DNA from: Opitutales bacterium
Lineage (GTDB): Bacteria; Verrucomicrobiota; Verrucomicrobiia; Opitutales; UBA2987
Direction of reading: 5' to 3'
Length of the DNA: 64,000 bases
NCBI GenBank assembly: GCA_965226885.1
Contig: CBDDEL010000013.1
Coordinates: forward strand, 64,001-128,000
Under the pieces are notes generated by a model that made no database searches, was not told the DNA's origin, and was given only the letters and a program-made list of their open reading frames with translations. Of the stretch, positions 45,979 through 56,904 are shown in pieces. Positions within the stretch are counted from its first letter, which is position 1. The number at the start of each line of letters is the position of its first letter. The position numbers and the translations under genes were made by a program.

Positions 45979-46713
45979 CTAGGTTTCGATGAGGAGTTGG
46001 CCGTGTAATTGCGGGGGGTCGAGGTAGAGGAGTTTTGTGCTCTTGAAACCGTTGCTGTGGGCCAGTTGCTCCATGCTTTGGAGGCTTTCGGGGTGGTCGT
46101 GGGCGAAGATGTGCTCGCGAAAGAGGGCCTGGTTGGCGGGCGGCACCAGAGTCCAGGAGGCTTCGCAGTTTTCCCACCAGCGTTGGAGGAATGCCTTGCG
46201 GGTTTCATTTTCCCGCCGGTAGGGATCGAGGATGAGCATTATGCCGCCGTTGTTGAGGAGGGCACGGCAGCGGCCCAATAACTCGCCTTTGCCTTCGTTG
46301 GTGAGGTGGTGCATGGAGAATCCGGCCAGGACAATGTCCCAGCGGCGTTTCTCGGTTTTGATGATTTCAAAAGAATCTCCGCGGGTGAATTCCTGCTCAC
46401 AATGAACATCCGCCATGTTGCGCCGGGCTTTTTGCAGGGCCGCTGCGGAAAGATCGCTGCCGCTGTAAAAGGCTAGGGGGGTGCCCCGGACCGCTTTGGC
46501 CGTGCTGGAGGCGTCTCCGCAGCCGAGTTCGAGCATCTTGTAGGAAGCGGTGAAATGTTTCTTCAGTTGTCGATGCACGGCGGCATAGTTTTCGCGGTGG
46601 AACATGTAATTGTTCTCGATGATACAGCCATAGGCGTCCCATTCTTCGAAAAATTCCCGGACCGTGCGTGTTTGGCCGCAGCCGCGGCCGTCCTTGCGGA
46701 TTCCTGAATTCAT
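45979..46713 (-). CDS. Class I SAM-dependent methyltransferase
   Basis: 'MLELGCGD', 'GSDLS', 'FSMHHL', 'LNNGG'. Confidence 0.85.
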   Translation of the reverse strand: MNSGIRKDGRGCGQTRTVREFFEEWDAYGCIIENNYMFHRENYAAVHRQLKKHFTASYKMLELGCGDASSTAKAVRGTPLAFYSGSDLSAAALQKARRNMADVHCEQEFTRGDSFEIIKTEKRRWDIVLAGFSMHHLTNEGKGELLGRCRALLNNGGIMLILDPYRRENETRKAFLQRWWENCEASWTLVPPANQALFREHIFAHDHPESLQSMEQLAHSNGFKSTKLLYLDPPQLHGQLLIET

Positions 46714-46754
46714 GGCTTGTAGCGGGGCCGTTTTTCCGCCCGCAAAGAGGTGGG

Positions 46755-47618
46755 TCAAGGTGTTTCCGGTGCGGCGTATTGCGGCTTGACGGGCTGGATG
46801 CCAAGCTCAGCCGCCGCCCGCATGGACGAGGCCAGTTCGTTGACGAGCGGGAATTGCACACCCATGGCAAAGAGTTCCTGCAATTCCTGGGCGGAATCGG
46901 TCCCGTAAAAATTTACCCTGATGCCGTGTAGCCGCAATTTTTCCACATCTTCGGCCAAATCGGGGCGGAAGGGTTTCCTCAACTGGATAAAATCGGCTTT
47001 CGCGGCTATGGTTTCGTTTACATAGTCCCTGGGGTTATCCCGGCGGTCCATGCTGCATATCAAGATTTCCGGAGATACCGCGCGGGCGGCCGTGGCGGCC
47101 TCGCTCTTGCAGGCAAGAAATGCCTGCCCCTGACGATTCGTTTGCAATAGTATCCGGGCCACCGCCTGGCCGACATCAGCGCCGCCTTTAATGTGCACGT
47201 TGAGCCAGATATTGTTGGGCATTATGGCAAGGGTTTCCTGCAACGTGGGAATCCGCACTCCCGTAAACAAGGGGGACTTCCAACTGCCGGCATCCAGTTG
47301 GCGGATTTCCTCAAATGTCATTTCAACGACCAGGCCAGTCCCATTGGTAGTGCGGTCAACCTCAGGATCGTGAATGATCACAGGCACTTCATCTTTGGTG
47401 AAATAGACGTCGAACTCGATCATGTGGACCCCCAGCCGGATGGCTTCGCGGAATGCCGGAAGCGTGTTTTCGGGATGGGTGTCCATAACCCCGCGGTGGG
47501 CGCAAAGCCCCTTTTCGGGAAGTGGGGGAGGGGGAGAAGAATTGGCCATCATTTTTGCGGGCCATAGGTGAAATGACATCGATACGGCAAAGAATATTAG
47601 ACTGATTTTTTTAACCAT
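46755..47618 (-). CDS. Glycerophosphodiester phosphodiesterase family
   Basis: 'AHRG', 'PENTL', 'IEFDV', 'IHD', 'RTTNG', 'IPTL.E'; signal peptide. Confidence 0.9.
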   Translation of the reverse strand: MVKKISLIFFAVSMSFHLWPAKMMANSSPPPPLPEKGLCAHRGVMDTHPENTLPAFREAIRLGVHMIEFDVYFTKDEVPVIIHDPEVDRTTNGTGLVVEMTFEEIRQLDAGSWKSPLFTGVRIPTLQETLAIMPNNIWLNVHIKGGADVGQAVARILLQTNRQGQAFLACKSEAATAARAVSPEILICSMDRRDNPRDYVNETIAAKADFIQLRKPFRPDLAEDVEKLRLHGIRVNFYGTDSAQELQELFAMGVQFPLVNELASSMRAAAELGIQPVKPQYAAPETP

Positions 47619-47627
47619 AGGTTTGAT

Positions 47628-48764
47628 TTACCCGCCATGTTTTAAGGTTTTCAGGAAAAAATCGACAGCTAATTGAGTTGAAAGCTCGTGGGCAATGCCG
47701 GAAGGTTTTAGAAATTCCACCCGGTCCGCAGCGTCCATCTCAAAATATTTCTCTTTTATATGGTGGAAAGCCTGTTCGGCATCCTGCCAAAAAAAGGTAT
47801 CGCGAGTCCCATTGACGAACATCTGTGGCCGGGGAGCCACTTGGGCTGCAATATCCGCCAAATCCCCGACAAGCAAAATCCCTTCAATATTATTGCAGGT
47901 ATGGTGGTTGGCCCGCGTCCCGAAGGTGGTCCTGAAACTGCCCAAATATCCTTGCACAAAGCTGGCCGCAATCCTCCTGTCTAGGGCCGATACGAAGAGG
48001 CTGAGCGCTCCGCCGGTAGAAACTCCCCCTACGCCGATCTTATCTTTTTCGACAAAGGGCTGTTGGAAAACATGCTCAAACAAATAGAGGGCGTCCGTAG
48101 TGATTTCGCCATACCAGGAGCCGCCGGTGAGCCTGGCTACGGCGTCGATCCGCATATGATCGCCCAAATAGGAAAGCTCGCCCATGCCGCGGTTTTCCAT
48201 GGCATAGACGACGAAACCGCTTTGCGCCAATTCGAATGCGCCGGCATGCTGGTAGGAGCTTTTGTCAAACACCAACTGTCCGGCGTTGCCGTGTCCCGAG
48301 TACATGACAATTGCCAGATACTTACCATTCTCCTCAAACCCGGGAGGAAAAATCGCATAAAAAATGATTTCAACCCCATCGTAGGCGGTAAAAGTGTTTT
48401 TCTCAATAGTGGAACCGGATTGCGTTAACCGGTCGTTTTTTTTTGATAAGATTTTTTCGGGAGGATTTTCCGGATCGACCCGTACACCCAGCACTTCGGC
48501 CAGCCTGTCCCGAAATGCCGCCCCATCGCTCAAGGGGCGTTCTTTTGCGTATTCCTCCAGGCGATTCAAGACCCCCGAATTTTCCGGCGGGAAAAGGTCC
48601 ACCACTTCCGGCTCATGGAGCAGGTTTTTCAAATCGCGCTTCCAATAGTGGAAGACTTCCTGCGGGGAATTATCCCAATACACCTGATAGGAAGTAAAAG
48701 CCACCAGGATGGCTAGAACACCATATAGAATGGCCAATTGCCTGCTGCGGTTTTTATCCGGCAT
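47628..48764 (-). CDS. Membrane-anchored alpha/beta hydrolase
   Basis: N-terminal TM; nucleophile 'GVSTGG', 'APRP', 'GTRD', 'AHE'. Confidence 0.8.
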   Translation of the reverse strand: MPDKNRSRQLAILYGVLAILVAFTSYQVYWDNSPQEVFHYWKRDLKNLLHEPEVVDLFPPENSGVLNRLEEYAKERPLSDGAAFRDRLAEVLGVRVDPENPPEKILSKKNDRLTQSGSTIEKNTFTAYDGVEIIFYAIFPPGFEENGKYLAIVMYSGHGNAGQLVFDKSSYQHAGAFELAQSGFVVYAMENRGMGELSYLGDHMRIDAVARLTGGSWYGEITTDALYLFEHVFQQPFVEKDKIGVGGVSTGGALSLFVSALDRRIAASFVQGYLGSFRTTFGTRANHHTCNNIEGILLVGDLADIAAQVAPRPQMFVNGTRDTFFWQDAEQAFHHIKEKYFEMDAADRVEFLKPSGIAHELSTQLAVDFFLKTLKHGG

Positions 48765-48910
48765 ATGCTTGATTGCAGGCGGGTAGGCGGTAGTTTTACA
48801 AGCCCTTGCCTCGCAGTGCCTGTTCTCTTGAAAAGAAGAAGGCTGTCTGCGCAATATCACGCAAACAGGCTTATCTTCATTTCAATAAAGGATCAAGGAT
48901 CGGATTAAGA

Positions 48911-49207
48911 CTAATACCTTCTTTTTTTAAAGTCGTCCCTGTTGTCCCTCCTGGGTGGGCGATCTTCCCTTGGCTTAGCCTGGTTGACCTTCAGGGGGCG
49001 TCCCTCGACAGTTTCCCCATCTAAAGCCTTGATGGCATTTTGGGCTTCTTTCCAATCATCCATGGAAACAAATCCGAACCCTTTTGAGCGTCCGGAGTAG
49101 CGATCCATAACAATTTTGACATTATCTACTTTTCCATACTCGGCGAACTTTGTATTCAAAGTTTGCTCTTCAATGTCGTATGGAAGATTTCCTACGTATA
49201 TATCCAT
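48911..49207 (-). CDS. RRM RNA-binding protein
   Basis: RNP2 'IYVGNL', RNP1 'KGFGFV'. Confidence 0.95.
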   Translation of the reverse strand: MDIYVGNLPYDIEEQTLNTKFAEYGKVDNVKIVMDRYSGRSKGFGFVSMDDWKEAQNAIKALDGETVEGRPLKVNQAKPREDRPPRRDNRDDFKKRRY

Positions 49208-49540
49208 TTTCTTATATCTATCGTTTGTACGCCATTATGAAAAAAACAGTCCAGTAAAATGGCGTATATTCCTGAATCTGCGATTGAACATTCATTTTCT
49301 TATCTTATTTAGTCCAAATTGGTTTTTGAGGGCCTTATTGCGTTTGATGAAATCGGGTTTCGGGAGAGACATCCTTTTACCGGAAGGCTGGCAATCATAA
49401 TTTACCCGAATCGGAAGATTTTACAAGCGTTCGAGGAATTGAGACGGCGCTCAGGTCCGGGCACATTTCAAATCCGGCCCCATAATGGGCTTGATCTTCG
49501 ATGAGGCACTGAATCAATTAAGCGTATAATCCACTCCCGT

Positions 49541-51061
49541 TTAGAGAGCTACGCAAATAGCCTTTGTTTGAGTGTAATTGTCGAGGACTTGCTTGCCCAT
49601 TTCCCTTCCCCAGCCCGATTGTTTGTAGCCGCCAAAGGGGAGGGCGGAGTCGAATATGTTGTAGCAATTGATCCAGACCGTTCCGGCTTTTAAAAGTTCA
49701 GCCGTGCGGTGGGCCTTGGCAATATCCTTGGTCCAGACGGCGGCGGCCAATCCGTATTCGGAGTCGTTGGCACTTTGGAGGATATTCTCAGGGTTATTAA
49801 ATGGTTCCGCTACCACCACGGGGCCGAAAATTTCCTCCCGCACGATTTTCATGTCGGGTTTCGATTTGGTGATTACGGTGGGGGCCACGAAATAGCCGCT
49901 CTCGCCAACCCGTTTACCACCGGCATTCATACAGGCCCCATCGCTGTAGCCAGAATCGAGAAACCCGGTTACGCGCTCCAGTTGTTCTACGGATACGAGG
50001 GGACCCATCTCTGTATCGGGGTTTAAACCGGGCCCAATCTTGATTTTATCGGCCCGGGCGCTGACTCCGGCAACGACTTCTTCATAGATATCCTCCTCGA
50101 CAAAGAGGCGCGAACCAGCGCAGCAGCATTGGCCGTGATTGAAAAATATGGCATTGGCCGCCCCGTCGATGGCGGTTTCCAGGTCTGGAACATCCTTGAA
50201 CATCACATTGGGCGATTTGCCGCCCAGTTCGAGGGTCAATTTTTTGAGGTTACCGGCGGCCGCATGGAGGATCAATTTACCAACCTCAGTGGATCCGGTA
50301 AAGGCGACTTTATCGACATCGTTATGGGCGGCCAGGGCTGCCCCGGCCGTTTCCCCATAACCGGGCACTATGCTGACCACCCCGTCGGGTAAACCAGCTT
50401 CGCTCAGAAGTTCGCCCAAACGAATCGCACTGAGAGGTGTTTGTTCCGCCGGTTTGAGGATAGCACAATTGCCGGTAGCGAGGGCCGGGCCCAATTTCCA
50501 GGCCGCCATGAGCAGTGGAAAGTTCCACGGAATGATCTGGCCGACGACGCCCACCGGTTCGCGCTTGGTATAGGCGTGAAAACGCGCTCCGGGCGCATAA
50601 ATCACGGAAATCGGTATGGTGGTGCCTTCAATTTTTGTGGCCCAACCGGCCATATAATGAAAAAGATCGGCGCTGAGTGGGACATCGGCCGCCCGTGCCA
50701 CCGTGATCGGTTTGCCGTTGTCGAGGGACTCCAGTTCGGCAAATTCTTCCAGGTGTTCAAGAATAAGATCTCCAATGCGCCAAATAATGCGGCCACGCTC
50801 GGACGGGGTCATCGACCTCCAGCTACTGTTCTCAAAAGTATCGCGGGCAATTTTGACGGCTCTGTTGATGTCCTCCTTATCCCCTTCGGCTACCTGGGCG
50901 ATGACTTCGCCGGTTGCCGGATTGTATACGGGGAATGTTTTGCCGGAGGCGGAGTCGACCCATTGGCCGTTGAGAAGCATTTTCTTAGGCGCAGAAAGAA
51001 AATCCTGGGTCCATTTACTGATTTCAACGGATTCAAATGCGGCTGGGGCTGTAGCTACCAT
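49541..51061 (-). CDS. Aldehyde dehydrogenase
   Basis: 'PWNFP', 'FTGST', 'LELGGKSP', 'GQCC', 'EEIFGP', 'PFGGYKQSG'. Confidence 0.95.
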   Translation of the reverse strand: MVATAPAAFESVEISKWTQDFLSAPKKMLLNGQWVDSASGKTFPVYNPATGEVIAQVAEGDKEDINRAVKIARDTFENSSWRSMTPSERGRIIWRIGDLILEHLEEFAELESLDNGKPITVARAADVPLSADLFHYMAGWATKIEGTTIPISVIYAPGARFHAYTKREPVGVVGQIIPWNFPLLMAAWKLGPALATGNCAILKPAEQTPLSAIRLGELLSEAGLPDGVVSIVPGYGETAGAALAAHNDVDKVAFTGSTEVGKLILHAAAGNLKKLTLELGGKSPNVMFKDVPDLETAIDGAANAIFFNHGQCCCAGSRLFVEEDIYEEVVAGVSARADKIKIGPGLNPDTEMGPLVSVEQLERVTGFLDSGYSDGACMNAGGKRVGESGYFVAPTVITKSKPDMKIVREEIFGPVVVAEPFNNPENILQSANDSEYGLAAAVWTKDIAKAHRTAELLKAGTVWINCYNIFDSALPFGGYKQSGWGREMGKQVLDNYTQTKAICVAL

Positions 51062-51270
51062 AATTAATTATTTCCTTAAATTCTTGGGGTTATATGAAAA
51101 ATGCGACGGCAGGAAACAATTCCCCGTCCCGTAAGAGAACTAAATCGGGAAAAAATTGCCGGTCAAATACAAAGTATTGCGCTTGTTTGCCATTATATAG
51201 ATGTAAAACTTGGGAATGTAAACGAAAAGCGGCTGTTAATTTAGCCGCCTGAACCTATTGAGAGGTCAAC

Positions 51271-51299
51271 TTGACAGCCCGGTTCCCTTCCCCTTCAAT
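51271..51299 (+). promoter_or_regulatory. Putative sigma70 promoter for the SDR-ade genes
   Basis: TTGACA (51271-51276), 17-bp spacer, TTCAAT (51294-51299). Confidence 0.4.
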
Positions 51300-51339
51300 A
51301 TATATTTTTCAATTAATCGCTTGAGCCAGGGGAAATATC

Positions 51340-51389
51340 CTGACCACAAAAGGGAATGCGCTTACTGACCACAAAAGGGAATGCGCTTA
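51340..51389 (+). repeat. Perfect 25-bp tandem duplication in the 5' leader
   Basis: ctgaccacaaaagggaatgcgctta x2 with no spacer. Confidence 0.95.
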
Positions 51390-51432
51390 ATTCCCTAACC
51401 AAAAATCTTTTTAATAATCTATCCATCTATCT

Positions 51433-52191
51433 ATGAAAGTAGCATTCATTACAGGCGGCGCCACCGGCATTGGCCGGGCCACGGCGGATAAATTCGTCCG
51501 CGAGGGAATCAAGGTCGGTATGTTCGACAACAATGAGACGGACGGCCTGCAAGCACAGTCCGAACACGGTGAGGAGAACCTGGTTTTCCTGCAAGGGGAC
51601 GTAACCAAACGCAGCGATGTCGCGGAGGCTATTGCCAGCACGGTCGAGCGTTTCGGCAAGCTGGACATCATTTTTACCTGCGCTGGCATTCACCGCTCCA
51701 ATACGGTGCTGGATGTGGATGAGGAAACCTGGGACCTGGTTATGAATATCAACCTCAAAGGCACTCTCTACACCCTCATGGAGGGGGCGCCCCGGTTGGT
51801 TGAAAATGGCGGCGGGTCCATTATCTTGATGGCCTCAGACCAGAGCTTGATAGGTAAAACTAACAGCCTCGTCTACGGCGCCACCAAAGGGGCTATCGGG
51901 CAGATGACAAAAAGCATTTCCCTCGATCTGGGGCCCAAAAATATTCGAGTCAACGCCGTTTGCCCCGGTAGCATCCGCACCCCTTTGTCGATGGATGTAT
52001 TTGACCGCTATTCCAAGAAATTGAACGCTCCGGTGGAGGAACTCTGGGCAAATGAAGCGGCTAAATATGCGTTGCGGCGGATCGGCGAACCGGAAGAAGT
52101 GGCCGATCTCGTCTATTTTCTCGCTTCCGACCAATCGAGCTTCGTCACGGGTAGCTTGTACTCTATCGATGGCGGCCTCACTGCCGGTTAA
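51433..52191 (+). CDS. Short-chain dehydrogenase/reductase
   Basis: 'TGGATGIG', 'YGATK', 'VNAVCPG'. Confidence 0.92.
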   Translation: MKVAFITGGATGIGRATADKFVREGIKVGMFDNNETDGLQAQSEHGEENLVFLQGDVTKRSDVAEAIASTVERFGKLDIIFTCAGIHRSNTVLDVDEETWDLVMNINLKGTLYTLMEGAPRLVENGGGSIILMASDQSLIGKTNSLVYGATKGAIGQMTKSISLDLGPKNIRVNAVCPGSIRTPLSMDVFDRYSKKLNAPVEELWANEAAKYALRRIGEPEEVADLVYFLASDQSSFVTGSLYSIDGGLTAG

Positions 52192-52210
52192 AACCAAAGA
52201 TTATTAACTC

Positions 52211-54007
52211 ATGAATCGTTTCTCGGTCCCCCCGCTCCACACCTTAACTCGTGAACTGGCCGATGTGGCCTCAGGTCGGCGGCCGCCAGAACTGGTTGTG
52301 AGGGGCGGGCGCGTTTTGTCCACCTACACGGAGAGAATGCTGCCCAACCGGGAGATCTGGATTCATCGGGGCCGCATTGCCGCGGTCAAGCCAGCGGGGA
52401 CCTGCCCCCATGATGGAGGCTCCCAATTTTACGATGCCAGCGGCGGAATTCTTGCTCCGGGCCTGGTCGATCCCCATATCCATATCGAAAGCAGCATGAT
52501 GACCGCCTGCGCCTATGCCGAAGGTGCTCTCCTTAATGGCACTACCACGATTTTTTGCGACAGCCATGAAATCGGCAACGTCTGTGACCGGGAGGGCGTC
52601 GAGTGGATGCTGGAAGACGCCCGCGAGGCGCCCCTCAATATTTTTTTGACCATTCCCAGCACCATCCCGGCCACCAACGACACCCTCGAAACGGCTGGGG
52701 GCGACCTCACCGCGGAAAAGGTGGGCGCTATCTTCGACGCCTGGCCGGAGGCAGCCGCCCTGGGGGAAAAAATGGACTTTGTGCCGGTTTGCCTGGGCGA
52801 TGAGCGCAGCCACGCCATCATTGCCGAAGCCCTCAAGCGGGGCCGTCCGGTGAGTGGGCATATCTATGGGCGGGAGTTTGTGGCCGCTTATGCCGCCAGT
52901 GGGGTGACGGATACCCATGAGGCTATCGACCGGGATATCGCGGACGATTTCCTGGAGGCCGGAATTTGGATTTTTCTCCGCGGCGGTCCTCCCACTACGC
53001 CTTGGCACAGTCTTCCCGAAGCCATCAAGACGATTACTGAGCTTGGGGCCAGCCACAAAAGAGTCTGTGTCTGCACGGACGACCGGGATGCCGACGACCT
53101 CTTCCTTTTCGGCCTCGATTGGGTCACCCGCCAGGCCATGGCCAACGGCTTGAGCCCTGTGCAAGCCTGGAGCATGGGGTCGCTCCACCCCGCAACCCGC
53201 TACGCTATGGACGGAGAGTTCGGCGCTCTGGGCCATAGCCGGCGAGCGGATATCGTCCTTTTGAACGATTCTCTGGAAGTGCAAAATACCTGGTATGGCG
53301 GGGAGTTGGTGGTTGAAAACAAAAAAATCACGGGGGTTCTGGATGAGCAATTGTCCCATCGCCGGTATCGCTACCCGGCCAAGGCTTATGAAACGGTTCA
53401 TTTCGAGGACGGCATAAAACTCACGCCCGACCTGCCGGATGCGCCCTGCACCCTTAATTATATCGGCATCGAACCGCCGGGAATCATCACCATACATCGT
53501 CAACTGGTTCTGGAATCAGCCCCGGATAGTTGGGAGGTCCTTTTGAGCCAGCACCAGCTATGTTTCCTGACCGTGGTTGAGCGCCATGGGAAAACCGGCG
53601 AGGTCGCTCACGGGCTCGTCCAGAATATGGGGCTGGAGGCCGGCGCCGTAGCCAGCAGTGTGGGCCACGACGCCCACAATATCGTGGCGGCGGGCAAAAA
53701 TGCACAGGATATGAGCCTAGCCATCCAGACCATCAAGGAAAATAACGGCGGCGTGGCGGTGGTTGTGAATGGCAAAGTAGAAGCCCTTGTGGCGCTTCCG
53801 GTAGCCGGACTCCTGTCGGACAAAAGAGCCACCGAGGTGGCCGCCGAAACCAGCGCCTTGAAAAAAGCCTGGCTGGAAGCTGGATGCACTTTGCCTTATA
53901 TGGGTTTCAACCTCCTGCCGCTATCGGTCATTCCCGAAATCCGGCTCACCAACAAGGGCCTCATCACGGTTCCGGCCATGGAAAAAATTCCTTTAGTGGT
54001 TGGTTAA
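52211..54007 (+). CDS. ade: Adenine deaminase
   Basis: 'DPHIHIESS', 'HEIGNV', 'TDD', '[10 protein letters not shown]', 'LPVAGLLS', 'LSVIPEIR'. Confidence 0.88.
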   Translation: MNRFSVPPLHTLTRELADVASGRRPPELVVRGGRVLSTYTERMLPNREIWIHRGRIAAVKPAGTCPHDGGSQFYDASGGILAPGLVDPHIHIESSMMTACAYAEGALLNGTTTIFCDSHEIGNVCDREGVEWMLEDAREAPLNIFLTIPSTIPATNDTLETAGGDLTAEKVGAIFDAWPEAAALGEKMDFVPVCLGDERSHAIIAEALKRGRPVSGHIYGREFVAAYAASGVTDTHEAIDRDIADDFLEAGIWIFLRGGPPTTPWHSLPEAIKTITELGASHKRVCVCTDDRDADDLFLFGLDWVTRQAMANGLSPVQAWSMGSLHPATRYAMDGEFGALGHSRRADIVLLNDSLEVQNTWYGGELVVENKKITGVLDEQLSHRRYRYPAKAYETVHFEDGIKLTPDLPDAPCTLNYIGIEPPGIITIHRQLVLESAPDSWEVLLSQHQLCFLTVVERHGKTGEVAHGLVQNMGLEAGAVASSVGHDAHNIVAAGKNAQDMSLAIQTIKENNGGVAVVVNGKVEALVALPVAGLLSDKRATEVAAETSALKKAWLEAGCTLPYMGFNLLPLSVIPEIRLTNKGLITVPAMEKIPLVVG

Positions 54008-54224
54008 TTCAGTCAATTAATGAAGGAATGAAGGCAGAATTTCTACTTGCATTGCTCACTGAAATTCATTCAAATATGGGGGATTTCGATAATCCAGTGT
54101 CATTACCCCCAATCCACTTCATCCTGTAATTTGCTAATTAAATTCCCGGAATCGTATTTGCCTGTGATCGGGTGGGAAATCAAAAACAAACCAACTAAGC
54201 TTCAAAACAAAAAACAGAAACGTT

Positions 54225-56690
54225 ATGAACTCGAATAAAAATACACTCAAATTCCGATTACTGTCGCTCTTAGGGGCATTTTTGGTGATTGGATTGTCCC
54301 CTGCGTTCACTCAGGAAGAAGAAATTGAAGAACTTGAGGAGTTCTTTGTCAGCGATGTTCCCATCGAGGAAAGCATTCTTCCCACCACTCGCCCCTTCAG
54401 TTCCGTTTACGGCACCGGGCGCAGCATCATGGAAACCCCTCGAAACGTGACCATCATTTCACGTGAACAGCTCGACGCCATCGCCATTTACGATGTGCGC
54501 GATTTCGTAAAATTAACCGCCAGCAGCTTTACCAAGACCAATTTCGGAGCGCCTTCCAATCCGAGCATTCGCACCCAGACGGCAGATACCTTCGTCAATG
54601 GCATGCGGCGTGGTTTGACCAGCAACGGCAACGGATTGCAGGTAAATTTCAACGCGGTGGAATCGATCAACATCGTCAAAGGCGGACCGACGGCCATCTA
54701 TGGCGCCTCCCAATATACCGGAGGTTATTCCGACCAGATTACGAAAAAGCCGTATTTCGATGCCCCCCGCGGCTCGGCCTCATTCACCATCGGGATGTAC
54801 GACCAATATCGCTGGACGATTGATTATGGCAGGCCCATTAGCGATGAATTAGCTATACGTTTCAGCTATTCCGGCGAGGAAACGGGAAGTTATTATGAGT
54901 TCGGCAAGAAGGAATCTCAGGCCCTCTATGGCGCTTTGACCTGGAAACCGAGTGACAGGTACCGACTGGAATTCAATTTCGAGTACTTTCAGTCCAGTTA
55001 TACTGAGAACTGGGGCATCAACCGAATTACCCAGGACCTAATCGACAATGGGATGTATCTGCCGGGGCAGATTTCACCGACGGGAGTCCTTGTAGATGGT
55101 TTTGACGAGATGGACAGAAACCAGGACGGGGTGGTGAATTTATTCGATGTCCGCGGCTCAGACAACTTTATCAATTTTGGCGCTCCAGTTAAGATCAGCC
55201 GAACAAAACGTTTGCTGGCCCCAGGCGACGATTCATTCGGCCGCCAGTTCACGGCCCAGGCGATTCAAACATGGGAATTTAGCGACCGGTTTTCGATCTC
55301 CAATAATACGGCCTACAACTGGATCGACCGGGATACCTTCAGTTCCTATGGCTACAGTGAAGTGCTCATCGACAACGTCTCGATCGACAACCGGACTGAA
55401 GTTCGCCTCAATGTTGCCGATTCGGATAGTTTTACTGCGAACGTCAATTTCGGACTTCATTTCCGTTGGCAGAATGTTCTGGCCATGAATCTCTATTTCA
55501 TCGAACCGGCCAATGTGCATGATCTCACGGTGCGCCCTTCAACGGTGGACGAAGCTCTTGCCGGCGGGTCGATTACGAGGCGGATTCCTCAGGAAGCTTT
55601 CGGCTTCATTGAGGTAGCCATCGCCGGGGAGAGACCACGAGGCATTCTTGCAGCTCGTTATGCCAATCCTGGGTTTAATGGGGATACCGGCGATTCGCAG
55701 GCAACCCGCTTGGGGCCGTTCTTTCAACTCGATATGCAATTTGGTGAAAAGTTGAACTTTTTTGGCGGTTATCGCCGCGATTACATGGATGTCAAATACA
55801 AGGAACCGTTCTCAGGTTTTGCAGGCGGGGCTTTCGCATTCGAGGCCGAGACCAAACAGCAGATGGAAAACTACAATGTGAGTCTCCTCTACCGGTTAAA
55901 TAATAGGATGTCCACCTATTTCACCTACAACTTCAGTGAATCGGCCGCGGCCGGCACCGGTGGAGGATTTGTCCCCAGCGATCATGGCGGGATTGGTTTC
56001 GACGATTCCGACTTCCACAAGGAAAATTTTCTCTATGAAGCCGGCTTTAAGTTCAGTTTCAAGGAGGACACCCTGTTTATTTCAACAGCCGCTTTTTATC
56101 AGGAGTTCGCCAACCCTTCCGTTAATGCTCTGGGCCAGTCAGTGGGCACTTTTGACAGAACCCGCCTGAGGGGTTTTGAAATCGAGGCCAATTACCAGCC
56201 CAAAAAGAGCTTCTACATGACCATGGGTTATAGCTATATCGATGCCACAATAGCGGCGGGAGCGTTTAGCGTCGCTCCCCGCTCGGTCGATCTTCAGCCA
56301 ATTACGGATTCGTTCGGCATAACCTTGCAGCGAATTGAACTTAACGGCGCCCCGGACCACCTCTTTAATATGCTGGCTCACTTCCAGTTTGATAATGGGA
56401 TGTTCGTTAACACCGGTTTAGTCGTAACGTCGGAATTCAATACAGGATTTCATGGGGCATGCCTCGAGTTCGCGGCCGGGCCAGTCACTTGTATTTCCCC
56501 AGTGGTGCCTTGGCAGTACACCCTCGACATGGCTATTGGTTATGCAACGGATCGGTGGAAAGTAAAACTGGACTTGTTTAACCTGACGGACCAGAAAAAC
56601 TGGTCGCCGCCGCACCGTGTCTACGGCACTGAATCTTTGCTGGCGGAACTTCCCATCCGGGCAGAATTGACTTTCAAGTACATGTGGTAG
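54225..56690 (+). CDS. TonB-dependent receptor
   Basis: Signal peptide; plug 'ETPRNVTIISRE', 'VESINIVKG', 'RGFEIE', 'FNLTD'; aromatic C-terminus. Confidence 0.9.
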   Translation: MNSNKNTLKFRLLSLLGAFLVIGLSPAFTQEEEIEELEEFFVSDVPIEESILPTTRPFSSVYGTGRSIMETPRNVTIISREQLDAIAIYDVRDFVKLTASSFTKTNFGAPSNPSIRTQTADTFVNGMRRGLTSNGNGLQVNFNAVESINIVKGGPTAIYGASQYTGGYSDQITKKPYFDAPRGSASFTIGMYDQYRWTIDYGRPISDELAIRFSYSGEETGSYYEFGKKESQALYGALTWKPSDRYRLEFNFEYFQSSYTENWGINRITQDLIDNGMYLPGQISPTGVLVDGFDEMDRNQDGVVNLFDVRGSDNFINFGAPVKISRTKRLLAPGDDSFGRQFTAQAIQTWEFSDRFSISNNTAYNWIDRDTFSSYGYSEVLIDNVSIDNRTEVRLNVADSDSFTANVNFGLHFRWQNVLAMNLYFIEPANVHDLTVRPSTVDEALAGGSITRRIPQEAFGFIEVAIAGERPRGILAARYANPGFNGDTGDSQATRLGPFFQLDMQFGEKLNFFGGYRRDYMDVKYKEPFSGFAGGAFAFEAETKQQMENYNVSLLYRLNNRMSTYFTYNFSESAAAGTGGGFVPSDHGGIGFDDSDFHKENFLYEAGFKFSFKEDTLFISTAAFYQEFANPSVNALGQSVGTFDRTRLRGFEIEANYQPKKSFYMTMGYSYIDATIAAGAFSVAPRSVDLQPITDSFGITLQRIELNGAPDHLFNMLAHFQFDNGMFVNTGLVVTSEFNTGFHGACLEFAAGPVTCISPVVPWQYTLDMAIGYATDRWKVKLDLFNLTDQKNWSPPHRVYGTESLLAELPIRAELTFKYMW

Positions 56691-56735
56691 TTAGGATTTA
56701 AAGCCTGCATTTAAAAAAACTTAACCTTTGATAAG

Positions 56736-56769
56736 AAAATCCCCACATTGAATTGCGGGGATTTTTTTT
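56736..56769 (+). terminator. Rho-independent terminator
   Basis: aaaatcccc...ggggatttt stem followed by a T run, 45 bp after the receptor stop. Confidence 0.75.
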
Positions 56770-56904
56770 GGAGTATTTGAAAAGCCGTCGCAAGCGACGG
56801 AAAATAATCAAGTTCATTGCAACTGAGCAAAAGCCTGGCCAGAATTGATCATGCCATTATATCTTATTTAAGCGATTAAGAGTATTTTCAAACGGTTTTG
56901 ATTC

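Noticed and set aside
45974..45983. Other 4-5 bp tandem pairs (ctagg x2 here; agttg x2 at 60775)
   Set aside because: Such short pairs are expected by chance in 64 kb and no frame restoration supports them.
51340..51389. 25-bp direct repeat as a CRISPR remnant
   Set aside because: Only two abutting copies, no spacer and no cas genes; it matches the window-wide duplication pattern.
52271..53503. 410-aa minus-strand ORF (and similar antisense ORFs such as 19423-20175 and 56857-57606)
   Set aside because: Antisense shadows of well-supported genes, with no motifs.
54050..54224. Riboswitch upstream of the TonB receptor
   Set aside because: Some pairing potential (ggggg...ccccc), but no cobalamin, TPP or purine riboswitch consensus recognised.
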